A DNA stretch of 63,995 nt, counting the filler, from Perkinsus chesapeaki ATCC PRA-425 (taxonomy: Eukaryota; Protista; Perkinsozoa): assembly GCA_013115145.1 (NCBI GenBank). It is 18 parts of 18 records of this genome, joined end to end, with 100 filler letters (N's around TTAATTAATTAA, not from the genome) between each part and the next. Parts side by side here need not be neighbours in the genome. Positions count along the whole stretch, not along the records: positions 30,189 to 50,059 come from JAAPAO010000632.1; 17 more parts are not named here. The stretch is one strand, 5' to 3'. This document shows positions 32,608 through 47,731 of the stretch, one piece after another. Each line of letters starts with the position of its first letter. Positions within the stretch are counted from its first letter, which is position 1. The translations under genes and the position numbers were made by a program. The notes under the pieces were generated by a model. It was given only the letters and a program-made list of their open reading frames with translations. It made no database searches and was not told where the DNA came from.

Positions 32608-35600
32608 CTATAATGCCGGTTGGTCGCATACTGAAAGACATGTCGTATAACAGACCGACTCCGTCATATTTCCCACCCGTCTTGGTCGCACCGCAGCCTC
32701 GAGCTCCTCGCTAACAGGTTGGTTGTATTTTCTGAGGAATGCTATTAAAGCATCGCCGATCCTCCTGTCCTTGCTGGCTGGATTATAATACGCAATAGCT
32801 CGGCCTTGGTGACCTATTCGACCTGTCCTTCCTATTCGATGAGTGTATGTTTCAATGCCTGCAATAGGTTCCTCCACGCCTCAAGTCAGCGGGACCTACT
32901 TTCAGGCATATCGTAATTAATCACCAATGTGACATTAGGGAAGTCCAGGCCTCTAGCAGCCACGCTGGTTGATACCAAGACTTGATCCTCGTTGGCACGG
33001 AACCTGACTATAGTTCTCGAAAAGAGGCGAAGCGAGCAACTGCTCGGAAGGGCTGTTTGCACTTCTGTTGTGAAAATTTTTCCGCCAAAGAACTATACAC
33101 ACTATAGCCGATCTTCGGCACAATTTTAAATTATAAAGTGTCGACAAGTGTTGTAGGTGTTCTCTCCACTGGGGCGCCAAATCCAGATCTCCCTTCAACA
33201 ACTGGATCACCTCGTCGCCCTACAGTGCGTTCGCGTTTGCTCGGCGCCCCCAATTTGATTGACCAAATTGGGCTATATCCCACATTCTATCCCCCTTGCC
33301 TCTCGAGCTTTTAGCTAATACTCATCATCTCAACCTGGAATATTAAACTTTAATCAACCTTCCGCCCAGCAAACGCGAACGCACTGAATATATTCACTCA
33401 GCCAATTGCTGACATTCAGCGTCTCCTTTCTCCTCACCTCCTAACCACTTCCTCTCGAACAGTCTGGAGCTGCTTGCCTTGCAGAAGGCCACAGCATAGC
33501 TTCCCACTGGCACATATCCTCTTATGGAGATCCTTGCCTCTATCACGAGACGACACGAAAACGATGGCCTGAGTTGAATCACATTAAACTGTCCCCAATC
33601 ACACAATGACGTGAAATAGCACAGGATACCAAATACAACACGCACTGAGCCCTCAAAGCTCTCCTGAGCATCTCATCGGAAAACCGACTACGGCACAGAC
33701 CAAAGCGAAATAGCTAATAACCTCGGCCATCTGATGAATTGAATACATGGCTCAGAAAACAACTTGAATTCACGCAACTACCAAGAGGAAAGGTATGACT
33801 TCATCTTCTTGCCTGTTCTCCATTAACAACATCAAGATTCGCCAAATCTTCCCATAATGCTCCATCCTTGGCTTGGTCCGATCTCAACACTCGTACTGAC
33901 TGAGCCACATTGCAGCGCATCGCTCCGTCACCACCGCCCGACCCTCGGCCTCGCCCGACTGCAAGAGTCACTCTCTGCTTTCGAAGTAGTGTCTGAAAGA
34001 GTTTGCTTTTCACTCCTAGTCGACCTTCGGCCAACACCTCTCCTTCCAACCAGGGCTTTAGATTAGGGTTGTCGATGGTTGCCGAGAATAACAGCGTCTG
34101 ACGTTCGTTGGTATCGGTGAGGTCAGTGTCCGTGAGAATGTTATTAACATACGCCTAACACTTACAATGCTAGATAGCTGATCAATGCTTTCAGACAGGG
34201 TGTTTAGGATTGGTTACTGCTCAAGGATTCAATCATTACACGCTCCCACATGGGATATCGAGCACTGTCTAAGTAGAGTCACAAAAGGAATATTGAAGAC
34301 TGAAAGACTGTCCATGAATGATAAATTGAAGACATAGATGCTATAGAGGGGGTCAGGAGCAGCTGGTACGAGTTAGCACCAACCGCAAAATCTACTAAGA
34401 GAATTCTGAGTTCTATGATACGGATAACAAAAAGAATCCCTCATGCCTCCTTGCAATTAACAAATGGGTTACAGATCACAACATTATACACCCACTTGTA
34501 TAACACTTTAACCAACAACAGTTTTGACATACACCATCCCTAGATGATTCTCAAAGGGACCAACTTGATCACACCTTGATTACCTCTAACCCCATCGACA
34601 GCATCTGATCCGCCTCATCCAAGACTAAGAACTTCACGTAACCAAGTGAGACCTGTTCAAAAAAACCGCTGAAAACCGCCGAAGATCTCCTTACTCTTCC
34701 AGTCTCGTTAAATTCCAACAGCCTGCCAGGAGTTGCTACTAATACATCTAATTGCTCAGCACAGATACGATCGGCCTAATATGAAGCTGCTATTTATTCT
34801 ACCCGGGAGACTGACCTGTCGAGACGCCGTTTCCCCTCCATATGCAGCCAGCACACGACATCTGCTGCCTCCGCCGAGGCCAACTGCGCAGGACTACAAT
34901 AAAGAAAAAAATAATAAATGCTCATGCTACAATGAACTACGCAGCGACCATAGACATTCGACAGCGCCGTGACGATGAGCAATACTATCAGACAATGTAT
35001 TAGATACGCTATTCCGAAAAAATAGAAACATATCGGAAGTCACGCCAGGTAGTGCACGAGTTTAGGAATACCTCAAAATCCTTCACCAGCTGCATCGCCA
35101 GCTCTCGAGTGGGCGCCAGCACCGTACACAGTGGTGAAGCTTGAGCCATCCTGAAAAGATAGGCGAAACGAATTGGTCCTGATTAACACCAACATTCCCG
35201 CGGTATACCGAGATCAATATTTTAATGAAGCCAACCTACGAATACCATTTCGACACACTACGGTTCTGCTGCCGCTAATTACTTGTGAAAAGGCTGCGTA
35301 CTACACACGGATTCGCCGCCCTGTCACATTCGAAATGTGCTGGATTGATCAAAGTGAAATGTAGAATAGATCGCTTAAAACAGGGCAATGCAGATGTCCC
35401 AGAGGCTTACCTCCCAGAAAAGAAAGGACGAAGAACTGTTGAAGACATTTTGCCAACTTTCGATACTATAGGCGCAATAAATGCAAGACTCTTCCCTGAC
35501 ACGCCGGATAGTGTACATCTACTAGTACATTACAACTTACCTGTTCCTGTCTGAGCACTCGCCACTATATCGATGCCGCCAGCTATCAGAGGCATAGCAT

Positions 35601-35700
35601 GCTGCTGGATTGGGGTTGGACGCGACGCCTGAATCCCAAACATGAACCATGTTACATGGTAGCCAGTATTGAATATTCAAGAAAGGTGAATTGTTGTTCC
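32608..35700 (-). CDS. DEAD-box RNA helicase (multi-exon; may extend 5' to about 37400)
   Basis: PTPIQ and AQTGTG(K) (about 35540-35630), APTRELA (about 35110), ATPGRL, LVLDEAD (34608-34619), [21 protein letters not shown]. Resembles DDX3/Dbp-type helicases. Confidence 0.9.
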
Positions 35701-38700
35701 TACGCAATCTAGACGACGTGAGCCCTGTGTGACACGTTCTCAGTGGAAACTAAGAGTATATGCAATGGCAGCGAGCTGCCAGCTCCGGCATTGCTAGGAC
35801 CAACGGCCAATCATGAGCCAAACTCAACATGGATTGGTCACAAGAATGCGACAGCAAAGTGTGAAGGCCACTGTTCTAAGTCAGTGGCTAGTTACAGGTT
35901 TCTCTTTTTCGAGGAAACAGTGGTAGCGAGGGAAAAATTATCCCCGTACCGGGTTTTCGCGGAACCAAGGACTCTATTACACCACCAAGGCTCCGATTTC
36001 CGAGACGTTTTTGAAACGCTGCGTTTCAAACCCAATGGGTTAATTGAATCGACCCGAAATGACTCAATTCAGACTTCCATTTCTGGCAGACTCGGACTGA
36101 GTGGTAGGCGTCTTTCATGTCTATAACGGTTTAGCCGGTGCCCTTGCTGGGCATAGCGCTTAGGAAGCTGTCTAAAGTTGGGGTGAAATCAGTCCAACCA
36201 ATGGGAGCACCGTAACAAGTGCTTTCACTATGATCAAGGACCAGGCCAGCCCGTTGGTTCTTCCGCTGAGTTTGAACTAGTTGGATTTCCTCTTCCCGTT
36301 GAGGTATATGGATCCCTAGTGGCAGCTCCTTGTTACGGAAGAAAACTTCGGCATAACGGTAATAGTCTAGACAGAAGGCATATCGGATATAGCCAAGCTC
36401 TACGGCTATCCTAGCTTAGCTCAGCTCCATTCAGCTGAGCTAGGATGGAATACCTCCCTACACAGTGTGGAATTCATAAGTGCTTTCTTCGATCTCTGAA
36501 GATCCCCGTGTATCAGACTAATCGACTGATAGTATAGAGATGACATATTCTACCGAATCGAGTTGATGGGTAGAATCGCGAGACTCATAAGGCATGAAGT
36601 TCAGTTAGCCGAGTTCAGGTTACCGAACTGGATTACAAAATGGCCCGGCTCGTCGCCGACGAGTCGCCGGTCCATGGGTGACCGTCTTGAAGCACTCAAT
36701 GATCAGCAGCCGACTTCACTAGGCTTTATTAATGACGAAGGCGTCACTTTGATATCCAGTTTTCCAAGCTGTGAAAGAACGGTATATCACGACCGTTATG
36801 AAGAGCATTGCCTAGCTAGCTGCCATAGTTTGTACAAAGCCTAGTGAACCAAGATACCAAATAGATGAGGTTTTATATTATAAGTTGGAGGTGACTCACC
36901 CCCGACCCCTCCAATGCCTTGACAACACTACTCAATAATATTCCACGCTTCTCGGCTTCTTCCCAAGTACTCACGCGAGAGAGCCTAAAGTAAAGTCGTA
37001 ACCAACCTTACAGTATCCATCATTACTTCTCCTTCTCCTCATTAGTGAAAGAGTCTGTACCTTTCACTGTACAAGGGGCATCAAACTCCAGTAGTCCACC
37101 GGCCTCGCGCCGAATTACCTGACAAGAGTTGGCCTACAGAACGTACATTTCAGCTGGGGCCCCGCCTCGATTCCCAAATGCTCGGCTCTTCGGGATCCTC
37201 AGAACAGCCTGTTCAGATCACGGCTATACGAGATAACCCTGTTCTCAAAGAGAGAAGCTTCGATAGTAATAGGTCCGAGTCATCCGACACAGCATGATAA
37301 TTCAGAGGCGGATAGCTAGTCAAGTTCTGCCCTACCGGCTCCTCTGGAGTCACGGACTCGCTTTCTCGCTCCGAAGAACTGCCTTCGTCGTCTTCTGACC
37401 CCCGCACATCCTCGCTGCCATAATCTGGACTACGGCTGCGCCTTCGCGAGTACCTTCAGCAATCATCAGGCAAGATATTCGTGTGCATTCAAACTATTAG
37501 TTTATAGTACAGAAAGACTACGAAATACACATCCATGATTACGAAATACGCATCAATTTCTCATCACTAGAAATCATTCAATGTCCGCATGCTAAGGTCA
37601 TCGCAAAAGTATTTAGCCATTCTCAAGTATATCGAGACGACAGGCCATCTTATCTCGGACTATACCAAATAACCTTCATATCTACTCTGTCTTTACAAGA
37701 AGAGAGGCCCTATTTCGTTAGCAGATAGTTTAATAACCGTTTTGGTCGTGGTTAACAAGAATGGGAAAAGGCTTATTTTAGAGTAGTATTCTGAGAATAC
37801 AAAAGTGCTCGATATATCACATCCGCCTCACCTCGGACTGGATCGCGATCGTGACCGAGACCGCACACGTAATCGCACAGGGGTATCTTCTGCCTCTTCG
37901 GCCTGAACATCGGCCTGTCCTTCCGTCAACCAAGAAAAATGCCTACTTGATAGCCACCACGGCAATTCCAGCCGGTTCCCCATTCATCCCCGCGTATGGA
38001 CCATGCTGTGGTACTATTAGCATGGTCGAAACTCTGAAGAGGGAGGAAATCAGTTTGACTCTGAGGGAAAAATGAAGCCTCCTTGCTTCCTGCAGAGTTC
38101 GGCACCAAACGATAAAATTATAACATTTTTCCGTTTTGGCCTATCAAAACCGAACACACTGTACAGAGGTGCACGCTGTCTCTCTCCGTACTACTCCATC
38201 TTTCCAGTATTCCTCCCCAACCGTGCGCTGCCGCCGGTCGGGCTCCTGCTGCTGCTGTTGCTCTGGTCTATACGATCCCGTAACCCTGAGCGCAGCACAA
38301 TAGGACCTCAATCGTCGTCGATGGAACTATTACCGTGAAGAAGTAGATGTATCCGCTTTAAACTCATATCGGTTATCATCATCCTTTTTATACCTATCGG
38401 AGGCGCTAGTGAATACTATGAGCATAAACAGCAGTACCACAGTATGTATGCATACTATATTCTATAAATAGTAGTAGTCCATAAACTATGTTCGTAAACT
38501 ATAAATTATACATATATACTATAAAATACTAATAGATATCAGAAGCTAATAGATACAATACACTCATTTTCTAACAATCCGTGCGGTTTTTAGATGATTG
38601 AATGAAACAGCGATTTCTGCATTATCCCCACATTCGCTGTGGGCTCCACTCTGGGGACCCGTAGACCCACCCAACACACTCAAACCCACTCAAACACCAG

Positions 38701-40512
38701 CGACTACTAGTTGGCAGGCGCACAACGGGCGGTTGGAATTTGCGACAAAAAATGTTTATTCCAACAGTCCGAGTTAATGCGAGATTCGAGCATAGGAAAG
38801 CATTCAACGGTTCGATTTTTTGCACTAATGCTACTTGTAGCGCTCCTCCTCCCTTTCCTTCCAAACCGCTCCAGGGCATTGCTGAGACTGCTGGTCCCAT
38901 CCACCTCGACCACTACCGCCCGATTTCCAGGACATGACAAAACAACACCGACTACAGAACCAGGCAAAACCAGCCATTTCAAGTTGCCCAGCTATCGATG
39001 GATCGCACCAAACTGTTCATCGCGTTGCCCCGATATATAGCGGTACTGTCCGGAATTGTAATATCAGGTAACAGCCTGTTTCTCACCGATATACTCGACC
39101 CCACATCACCCTGCACAGACATATCCCCACTCTCTCCCCCAAATAGTCAGACTAACGCAAAACCAATGGTGCCCTTTTTAAAATCGCTTAAAAGCAATCT
39201 ACGAACATCGCTATAAAATATAAACCTCCGACACGTCCCCTAGGCGGCCTGCCCAGTCCCGCATCCCTCCCAATTCACCGACTTATACATATATATAAGA
39301 GCGCATCATATATACTCCTACTCGCCGATATGCTTACAATGCATTCGCTTGTTATATATATTCTACTAGTATGAATAAAAGATCAGACATCGCAGCGCCC
39401 CCTCCTGATCAGATGGAGTCCTGTACGGCCATCGTTGCGCAATCTGTTATGATTCCCTCCAGAGGCTTGTTGTCAAAGTCCCTATCACCAAATATCACAC
39501 CAATCTGGGATGCTTCACCCGGACCGCATACTCTCCTAGCCGATAGCACCGCCTAACAGAGAGGAGGAATCCAACTCTGCGATACGTGAAAGTGAAAGGA
39601 GAACAAGGGGCAGATCTTTCCATCGTTCCTGATGCCTCACTACCTGGTCTTTGAGACCTGCCGGAAACCTGCCCACTGCTGCCTCCGAACCGAGGATACC
39701 AGTTTCGCTGCCAAACTCGCAGCACCGCAGGAATACAGTACGGAGGACTCTGAAAAAACAGACTTCCAGACATTAGTTCAGGATTCAGGAAACGAGGTTA
39801 AGTGACGAAGATATAATTACAATATTAAAATACTAATACTGAAACACAAAGTTCATATCGTTACATTACAGGTGCGTCAGGTAGCGTATTATCTACATAA
39901 ATTAATACCGTAAAATTACTGCTGCCATGAATTCAGTGCTGAGTGTGTCAGGCGTTCGCAATTGAAGCACGAAGTTTCCAATGTTACAGAAAGCCAGACG
40001 AAACGAGGTCCTGTCACGTTTTGAAAACGCTGTAACTATTCACGTGACAATAATTATACGGCCAAATCTTCCATCGAACCAATTATCTTTTCAATTGCAT
40101 CAAGTTGATATTAAGTACGAACTTCAGATGCAATCAACACGAACATAAGTGTACGTAGCTCGTGGCTACTCCTCCCAACTTACTCGTATTTAGCAGAGTA
40201 TTCCAGTACCGCTGCCACCTTAGCGATTGAGCATCCCGATCGATCCCCACAACCAGCAGCAGACGCATAACTGGATAATACAAATAAGGGAATCAGAGGG
40301 GAAAGGTCCTACTGATGCCAGTGGTGCAAGCCAGCTTGAGATAGCAAGCGGTGAAGATAGTCGCACTCATCAGGAGTGTCTGATGGGCAGAACTATTTCA
40401 TGGGAAAGATCGAAAACGCTATTACTTGCTATGGGTAGCTGGTCTGTCACTTTCTTGAAGACTGTATGGCCGAGCTCTCGAATGATGTCCTGGGAAGAAA
40501 AAATGGAAAAAG

Positions 40513-40586
40513 TACTGGAACCGAGAATCGAACTCGGGACCTACTGCGTGTTAGGCAGTCGTCATAACCAACTAGACCATTCCAGC
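40513..40586 (-). tRNA. trnV-AAC: tRNA-Val(AAC)
   Basis: Cloverleaf GCTGGAA...TTCCAGT-A, anticodon loop CTAACAC, followed by a T5 Pol III terminator. Confidence 0.93.
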
Positions 40587-40879
40587 GATGACAAACACGC
40601 TTCTAGCCTACCGTTGATGGCAACGACTCCACCATGCTTCCTCCCTCCATCTCCAACACGGCCCTGATCGCCCGTCTCGTTTTGCTCTTCAACGCCCAAT
40701 GTCTCTCCGTGCAACTCAACTGTCTCGGGAACAACACCGGTATCTAACCAACCACATCAACTCCCCCCCCCACGGCAATAATGAAGAGACCGAAACTTTC
40801 TTAGCGGGACAAAAAACTCTGAACGATAGAATTAATTAATATTGAATAATCTATTCAGTGAAAGGGACGTGCACCACTG

Positions 40880-43860
40880 TGGGGCACACCTTACTCCGTC
40901 AATGAAGTCCCAAGACATCGCTCCCAAGAGGATAGTCACCGTTATACAAAATGGGGCAGTCAAAGCCGGTCCGCCATTTGGCAGAACCTACAATTAAGCA
41001 TTCGAAAAATCAACACAGTGCTTTCCTACCAGAAAATTGACAACACCTTGGAAGGCGATAACCGAGAGAATGCAGCCAAAAGTCATAATCGCGAACCCCT
41101 TGATGCTCGGTGCGATATAAAATCCACCGAGTGACAGAGCCACCAGTACTGGGTTGTAGCAAACCTGGAAAAAATGATCAAACCAGAACAAAACGGTATA
41201 AAAGTAAAAGTGTATACAACTGCGCAACATATTCCCAGCAATGCACGTAAAATCCACGTTAGATTCAGGGAGATATGTCAACACGAATCATAAAGAGATA
41301 TCATGCAAAAGCTCGTCCTTCCCACTAGTTGCGATACATTGAAGATTACAGTTAGCAGTACTCACCAAACCACTATCCAACATAGAGCGGAAATCAAGGC
41401 CAATGCCCATGCCAGTTAGAAGCCCGATGAGGGCTCCATAGACAGTTAATAATACGCAGTAGGGTGACCTGAAAATTACCAATAAATGACCTACAGTGCA
41501 TTCAAGGGTTAAGCGATATTTTCAGAAGGAACGTATTTGAGTGTAATCATTTCATATGTAGCCTAGAGCTCAGCAGGTTGTGCGGAGACATACTCCCGTT
41601 CTCATAGCATGCCTATCCCCATTATAGCAACAGACATTTAAGACGGTAATACCGATGCACAAATAAGCACAAGCGTAAGGTCTTACCCAGAAAGAATGCC
41701 GATCAGCAAGACCACTCCCGACCACAAATTGGGACCTAACAGAAGAGCTTCGACAAATAGTGACGAGAGTCACTACTGAAGACAACCTGAGATACTCCCC
41801 TGAGCCAGGCCTCTAAAAACCATGCAACTGTGTAGTCCCCCGCCACAGCCCTAGGAGTGGTGGCATTTGTGAACAAAGTATCTACCGGGAAGCAAATCCA
41901 CTCAGGTTCGATCCGCGCATACGGCAAATAATGTGCGAATTGAGATATTATGGGGCTTAATATTATACAGCGGCTAATTCCGAGATACATAGGTGTTATA
42001 TATAGCAAAAGCCAGTGTTCAAGCGAAGATCCGCAAATGTTAACTTAGCCATCTACATCATCAACTCATCATTTCATTTGCCCCGCTCCCTGGCGCCTCA
42101 AAAACGGCCCGCAAAAACGAGCTTTCCTTCTCGTCAGCCATGAATCATCCTCGACGAAGAAAAAGAGAAAACTCAGAATCGTATTTCCACTATGCACGCC
42201 ATTCATTGGATTTTCCCCTAAAGCTCACCATAATTTGTAGAGAGTGTCGCACATGCCATCCACATCAATAAGGCTATATTATACCTGATCCAACGATCAA
42301 CTCTTAAAGGTAGGAAGCGACCTACGGCCAAGTGAGCGGGGGTATCTTTGTAGACCTTGTGAAGCTTCTACTAATAACTACGTGAAGTATCCCAGTAAGC
42401 ATCTGAAGTGAGTCAAAAAACTAAACCGTACTTCACGCAGGCACGCAACAACAAAACATAGTCATTGTTTCCCCCTGTGAAGATATGATAGGAAGTCCGA
42501 TCTTGCAACAAATGGGAAAATATAGAAAAGAAATGAAGCGAATTAGTTTTCAATTTTTCAATATGCTAATCACAATTTATAATTAATATGATCCTTATTA
42601 AATTATTTACCTATTACTTGTATACAGTAGTACGAAATCACCGTTATTACGAATATTCTTGTCGATTGACACTATTACTGTTGATAGCCTAGGTGTCTAA
42701 ATCAAGGCCCTTCGAAGAAATCCAACATTATGAGATTACGCAATACTAGTCGCTCATTTCCCATATTACCCCTAGGAACAACAGTGCCGGGAATGCTCTC
42801 AATAAGGCTATGAGGCCCGAGCCGACTACAAGGGAACCGTACCACACTTCCTTCACTTCTCTATTACATGTATCAGCTTTTTGTATGGTATTATCAAATG
42901 TTGAATATCCCCATCCCAGCAGTACTCCATTAAAGCCGTAGAGTCCGCTTGCTACCAACCTAATAGATTCAAGGTCTTCTTATTTCTAACATAATAAATT
43001 TGATTTTTATATCGTGGAGTTCGCAGTTTTGACCGGCGCCTGTACTGGCTCGCAAAAGGGTCTTTAAGATAATATCACGGATGGTATCAGATTCCCTTCT
43101 AATACACGGAACTACTAGCCCACCTTTCGAAGTTCGGTTTCCGGGTTTTCTTTTCGGGTTTTGGGCTTTCTTCCCCCTCCCCTTAAACTTACCCTCGTGT
43201 TTCCGAAGGTTGTAGCAGTAAAGGGAATATAGTTGTAATTGCACCTGTAAGGGACCCTACAAAATCGACCAATACTCTTACTACATCCTAAAATACCCAT
43301 TACTGCTGTTGGCCAATGCGGCAGACCTCCAGCAACACATACGAACACGCCGGTCCCTGAGAAATATACCATCATCAATAGAGTGAATATAGCAATATGA
43401 TAAAGCGTATTAATAATATATTAAATAATTGATATTTACTGGGTGCGAAACAGGCCAATTAACAGCTGCTAGAGAACCTCTGCAGCTTGGAGCTTCCCGG
43501 CAGCGCTCATGTCAATTCTGCCCGGGTCGGTCAGAAGACCTCAGGAATGAAACCTAGATTTCGGATTTTCCGAATTGTCTCGGTTTTAAGGGCAATCGAT
43601 TGGGGAGAATTAAACAGAAAGAAATCAGATTTCCCACGGTGCCGATAAACGACAAAATATCTAGGATACCGAATAGCCTACATGGGTTGTCTTGAAACAC
43701 GACCTGACCGAAGCCCCTCAGTATCGACGACACCAGGAATATCTAGGAGACAGTTTGCACAATATAAACATGTTGTTGACTCACCAAAGCAGTGAATGCT
43801 CCGCTTGATGCTCGAGCTTTCTTCTCTGTCGATACAGGACAAGAGAACGGCTTTATTAAT
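40880..43860 (-). CDS. Urea transporter (UT/SLC14 family), multi-exon; boundaries approximate
   Basis: Both pseudo-repeat halves seen: GLYGFNGVLLG (about 42930), LRGVSQVVF (about 41790), YNPVLVALSLGG (about 41140), PALTAPF (about 40960). Confidence 0.78.
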
Positions 43861-46800
43861 CTAGCGTCGAGAAAAGTGGCTGATAGCCAACTGTTGCTGT
43901 CAACCAAATCAACCTAAGATACGTCCAATAATGATATATCAACCTGTATGGGGCTGTATACAGTGCTTCAACGGACACCGTGTCACATGAGAAGTCAAGA
44001 GAGATCCATGGTAAGTCTTTATTAATGGCGAATCAACAACCGTTATGATATTTTCTGCCCTCGGAGTTACACAAAGGGACACACACAGAACTATGGACTG
44101 CCGAACTTCCCAACTTCCGGACAGCACAAGTACAATATTACACCTTTTCAAGCGAAGATACTGCGGTAAGTATTACATGTATTACATTGCCGTGGTTCAT
44201 GATAAAACACCAAGCTTCAGTAGGCCCGTTATTTCGCAGCACCCTGGACTGCTATTATAGCGGAAATGCATCCAAACGAATTATTCAACAAAACGTACTA
44301 TCAAGGACATTGCTCGATTCTATATAGAAAAGAGTTTGATAAAAATAACACCCTTTATTCGGTTATTACCGCTCGTTCAATAATAGTCCTTTTTCCCTTA
44401 TCCATCAACTCTCTTTCAGCCTCGGTAATGGCATATCTTATATCATCAGCAACCTCCCTCATTTTAGCGTCATCAAAGGCAGTATCATTAGCCCAACCGT
44501 TTGCCATATCAATCGAATTGGGCATTAAAAAGTGTTATGAGAATCTACAGAAAATGATATCGAACGAGATAATTATAATAAGACGGGGAATGTGGGAAAG
44601 GCAACAAACTGAGCTAGGAAGAATCTTGCAAGGATCTAGCGACGTCCGAGTTGTTCAATAAACTCAACAATGACAGATATTTGAGGAACGAACCCTGAGA
44701 TTCAATTGAGACAGTCTCACAAGATACATGCGTTATTTGACCGCGCGCCGCAAAATTAAATCCCGCCTCCTCACCACCAAATACACGTCTTACGCTATTG
44801 CTGCTCTCTTTGGTACACTATGATTGCTCAACACGACTTCCTCATCGAAGCTGGCTACACTTATGATAAGAAAACTAGTAATAAGTGGGGATACTGAACG
44901 GCGTTATAGTTCCTATCATCAATTCCCATAGCAATGCAATATTATCGTTTAACAATTAATGATCAGAAAATAGCAGTATTAATGGAAATATTTACCTTAT
45001 TTATTAACGTGTTAGTTATTAGTACATATTTATACAGTATTAGTTTCACAGTACAGTTTTTATTTATTACATTATTAATTCACATCTCGAGTTATACTTG
45101 GATAGCTTTTCACAAAATGGTGGAGCCAATTTCGTAGATTGAATAATCGATCTTCACTGTTTTGCCGAGACAGATCGGCTGATAAATGGCTGAATGTATC
45201 ATCATTATAATGCATTGGTATTCCCAATGGGAACACCATATCAATACTCGAGTCGATGGTATCCACCAGCAGTAATGAGCGCCGCGATAAATCACATACC
45301 CCACTCTTCGTTGCAATACTCGGGGGCATGTCCCACTATGGCAGGCTCGAGTCATGAGCCCAGTTAAAGATAGATTTTAGCGACCTTGCGGTAGGGTACA
45401 GTATACATCCCGAAAAACTGTCATTGCTGTACTATCTTAGTGATAAATTTATGGTTGTATATTTCACTACATTCTAATATCATTTGAAAACATGCCATTA
45501 ACCATTCTAGTGAACTCGGTTTGCACACTCCACTCAGCCATGACTTTCTACTTTCATAACATGCTCCATTTTTACGCTTCCATCACCCGAACGCCTCAAT
45601 TAGTTCGTTAAATCGTTACTATTGTCAGACCGTTACTTCATGTCCGGTGAGCCTAGCTGGGAGCTCGACAACCAGAAGACCCGCGGTCGCTGGTAACACA
45701 CAACAGCTATATGATATACTATAGTAGTTGTGTCAGGCAAGGAGCCTTCCCTGCGTCCAATGTAGAGGAGTTCAAGCAGGAGGAGGATCGATGGGTTAAA
45801 GAGCAGATGGAAAAGGCCAAGGAGTAATATACGACAGTTTCTGTTTTGGGGAGGGATGTGAAATGAATAAACTAATGAAGTATCAAACCTTACCCCTTGC
45901 TTTTTACTTTTAAATCAATATGAACTCCCACGTTTCTAGGGCCTTCACCAGGCAGACGGGAAGGGCTTTATTATTTCGGTTTTTGTTATTAACAATTTCT
46001 TCTTACTTCACTTGACTAAGTCGACTGTTATGTATTATTAGGCGCAAGAATCACCACAAGTCGAAGACTGAGGAAAGTACTTAAGAATGCACCTTACTAA
46101 CCGTTAACGTCTCTTCCTTACCATACAGGAAACTTGTGTTGAAAAGTATCGGTTATTGACAAGCTTATCTGAACAAGCATCTTATACTAGCTTGCACCGC
46201 CGCCCGATAAAGTGGAAAAATATTCAAACTAAACTATTTTGTTCCGAAATTACGGCTGATGTAAGTAGATAAACGAACCGACTTAAGATGGGAAGGAAGT
46301 GCACTACAGTACGGCTGCAAGAGTCATGCTACAAGTGCTAGAAATGGTATGCTCGTTAAAAGATTGATTTATTAACTTGAAAGGCTAAGAAATGATGAAC
46401 GGATAGCAACGAGGTCATCATTTACAACTGGAGCGTCAAGAGGCACTTGTGACAGGAAACGATTAAATAATTACCAGCGACTAATAGAACTCGTGAGACT
46501 TGGTAGTGTCACATGTACGTGATTATTCGTATCATATCCGCTTCATCAGCACTATAGAGTTAAATTATTTAACGTATGGTTTACTATAGAAGCATTTATA
46601 TCTGATTAAATTATCTTTTTATATAATATAGTAAGATAGTATAATAAGATGCTGGTCCGTCGCAGTGACCAAACTATAACGCGAAACTCAGGGTGCTTCA
46701 CTGCTTACCTGGTAAGTTGGTAAGGCTTACCAACTGTTAGTCCAACAGCTCCTTACTGTTGTCTATATTGCAACCCACCTCCGCATCAATGGTTGATGCG

Positions 46801-47731
46801 TAAGGAGGATTGATGATCGATTCCACCCATTGCTAGCCTCATGATCAGCGCACCTGTACTATACAAATAAATATTTATTTCTACGTTTCTTCTGCGAAAA
46901 GAGAGGTCTTTTCGCATATTATGCGACTTGAGCGGTAACATAAGTTAATACATCGCAAGGAGATGCTTGCTTTTCTCACTGATCAGCACTAACATCATAC
47001 TCAGCCTAACTCGGAGTTAGTAACTCCATCGGTTTAACAGCATGGGTTGCGGAAGACACTGTACTAGATAGACGGCATACGGGTGAATCCTCCGGCCCCG
47101 AGGATTAAGTCTGAAAATCGTCCGGTAGGCCAGTTTTTTTGCAGTCCCGGGAGACCACTGTCCGGGTTTTTTACTATTTGCTGCAATATCCGATTCATTA
47201 GGAAATGTAGTTTACAGATGAGCTGGTAGGTTCTCGCATCTTCGCATCACACTCGTTAGTTAATGAGGGTTCAATGTTGGGCGTGCGTGTAAAAACTTTC
47301 ATTCGGATTTCGTGATACTCCTTCGCACCGAAGATCTAGTACAAACAATATGGAGTCTCTGATTATTACAGGCCGTAATATGCCTACTGCCACAATAAGT
47401 CTTAGACTTGAAGTCTACCCTTATCTGGACTACAGCATTTCCAGGTCAATTTAATTATTTACCCGTATTAGAAATAACTTGCTATGTGATCATGCGGTCA
47501 TAACCAAGAACGGTCACGCACGCAAGCGCACCTCTTCGTTGTCACGCTCATCGCTTTCCACGTTTGTCATTCCTGTGGTACGCTCTCGCCATTCTATCAT
47601 ATGATTAGTTCTCGCATGGAATTCATGGATTTAAGATCTGCACGTATTAAGCGTATTATACGCTGCGTATAGCCGAGCATTCTCGTTGTGATCATTTTTA
47701 GACTCGCTTCCACGTTGGTGTTTCCTGTGTA

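Noticed and set aside
38622-39216. RAP-domain protein suggested by AVVVEVDG and DITIPD on the minus strand
   Set aside because: The motifs are in different frames, the HF and W signatures are unconvincing, and the coding strand is unclear.
43939-44151. 2Fe-2S ferredoxin-like tail (CVTPRAENIITVVDSP)
   Set aside because: A single weak motif with no upstream Cys cluster found.
46703-46712. U1 snRNA 5' end (cttacctgg)
   Set aside because: Lacks the ATA start and downstream U1 structure; it is part of a palindromic scar.
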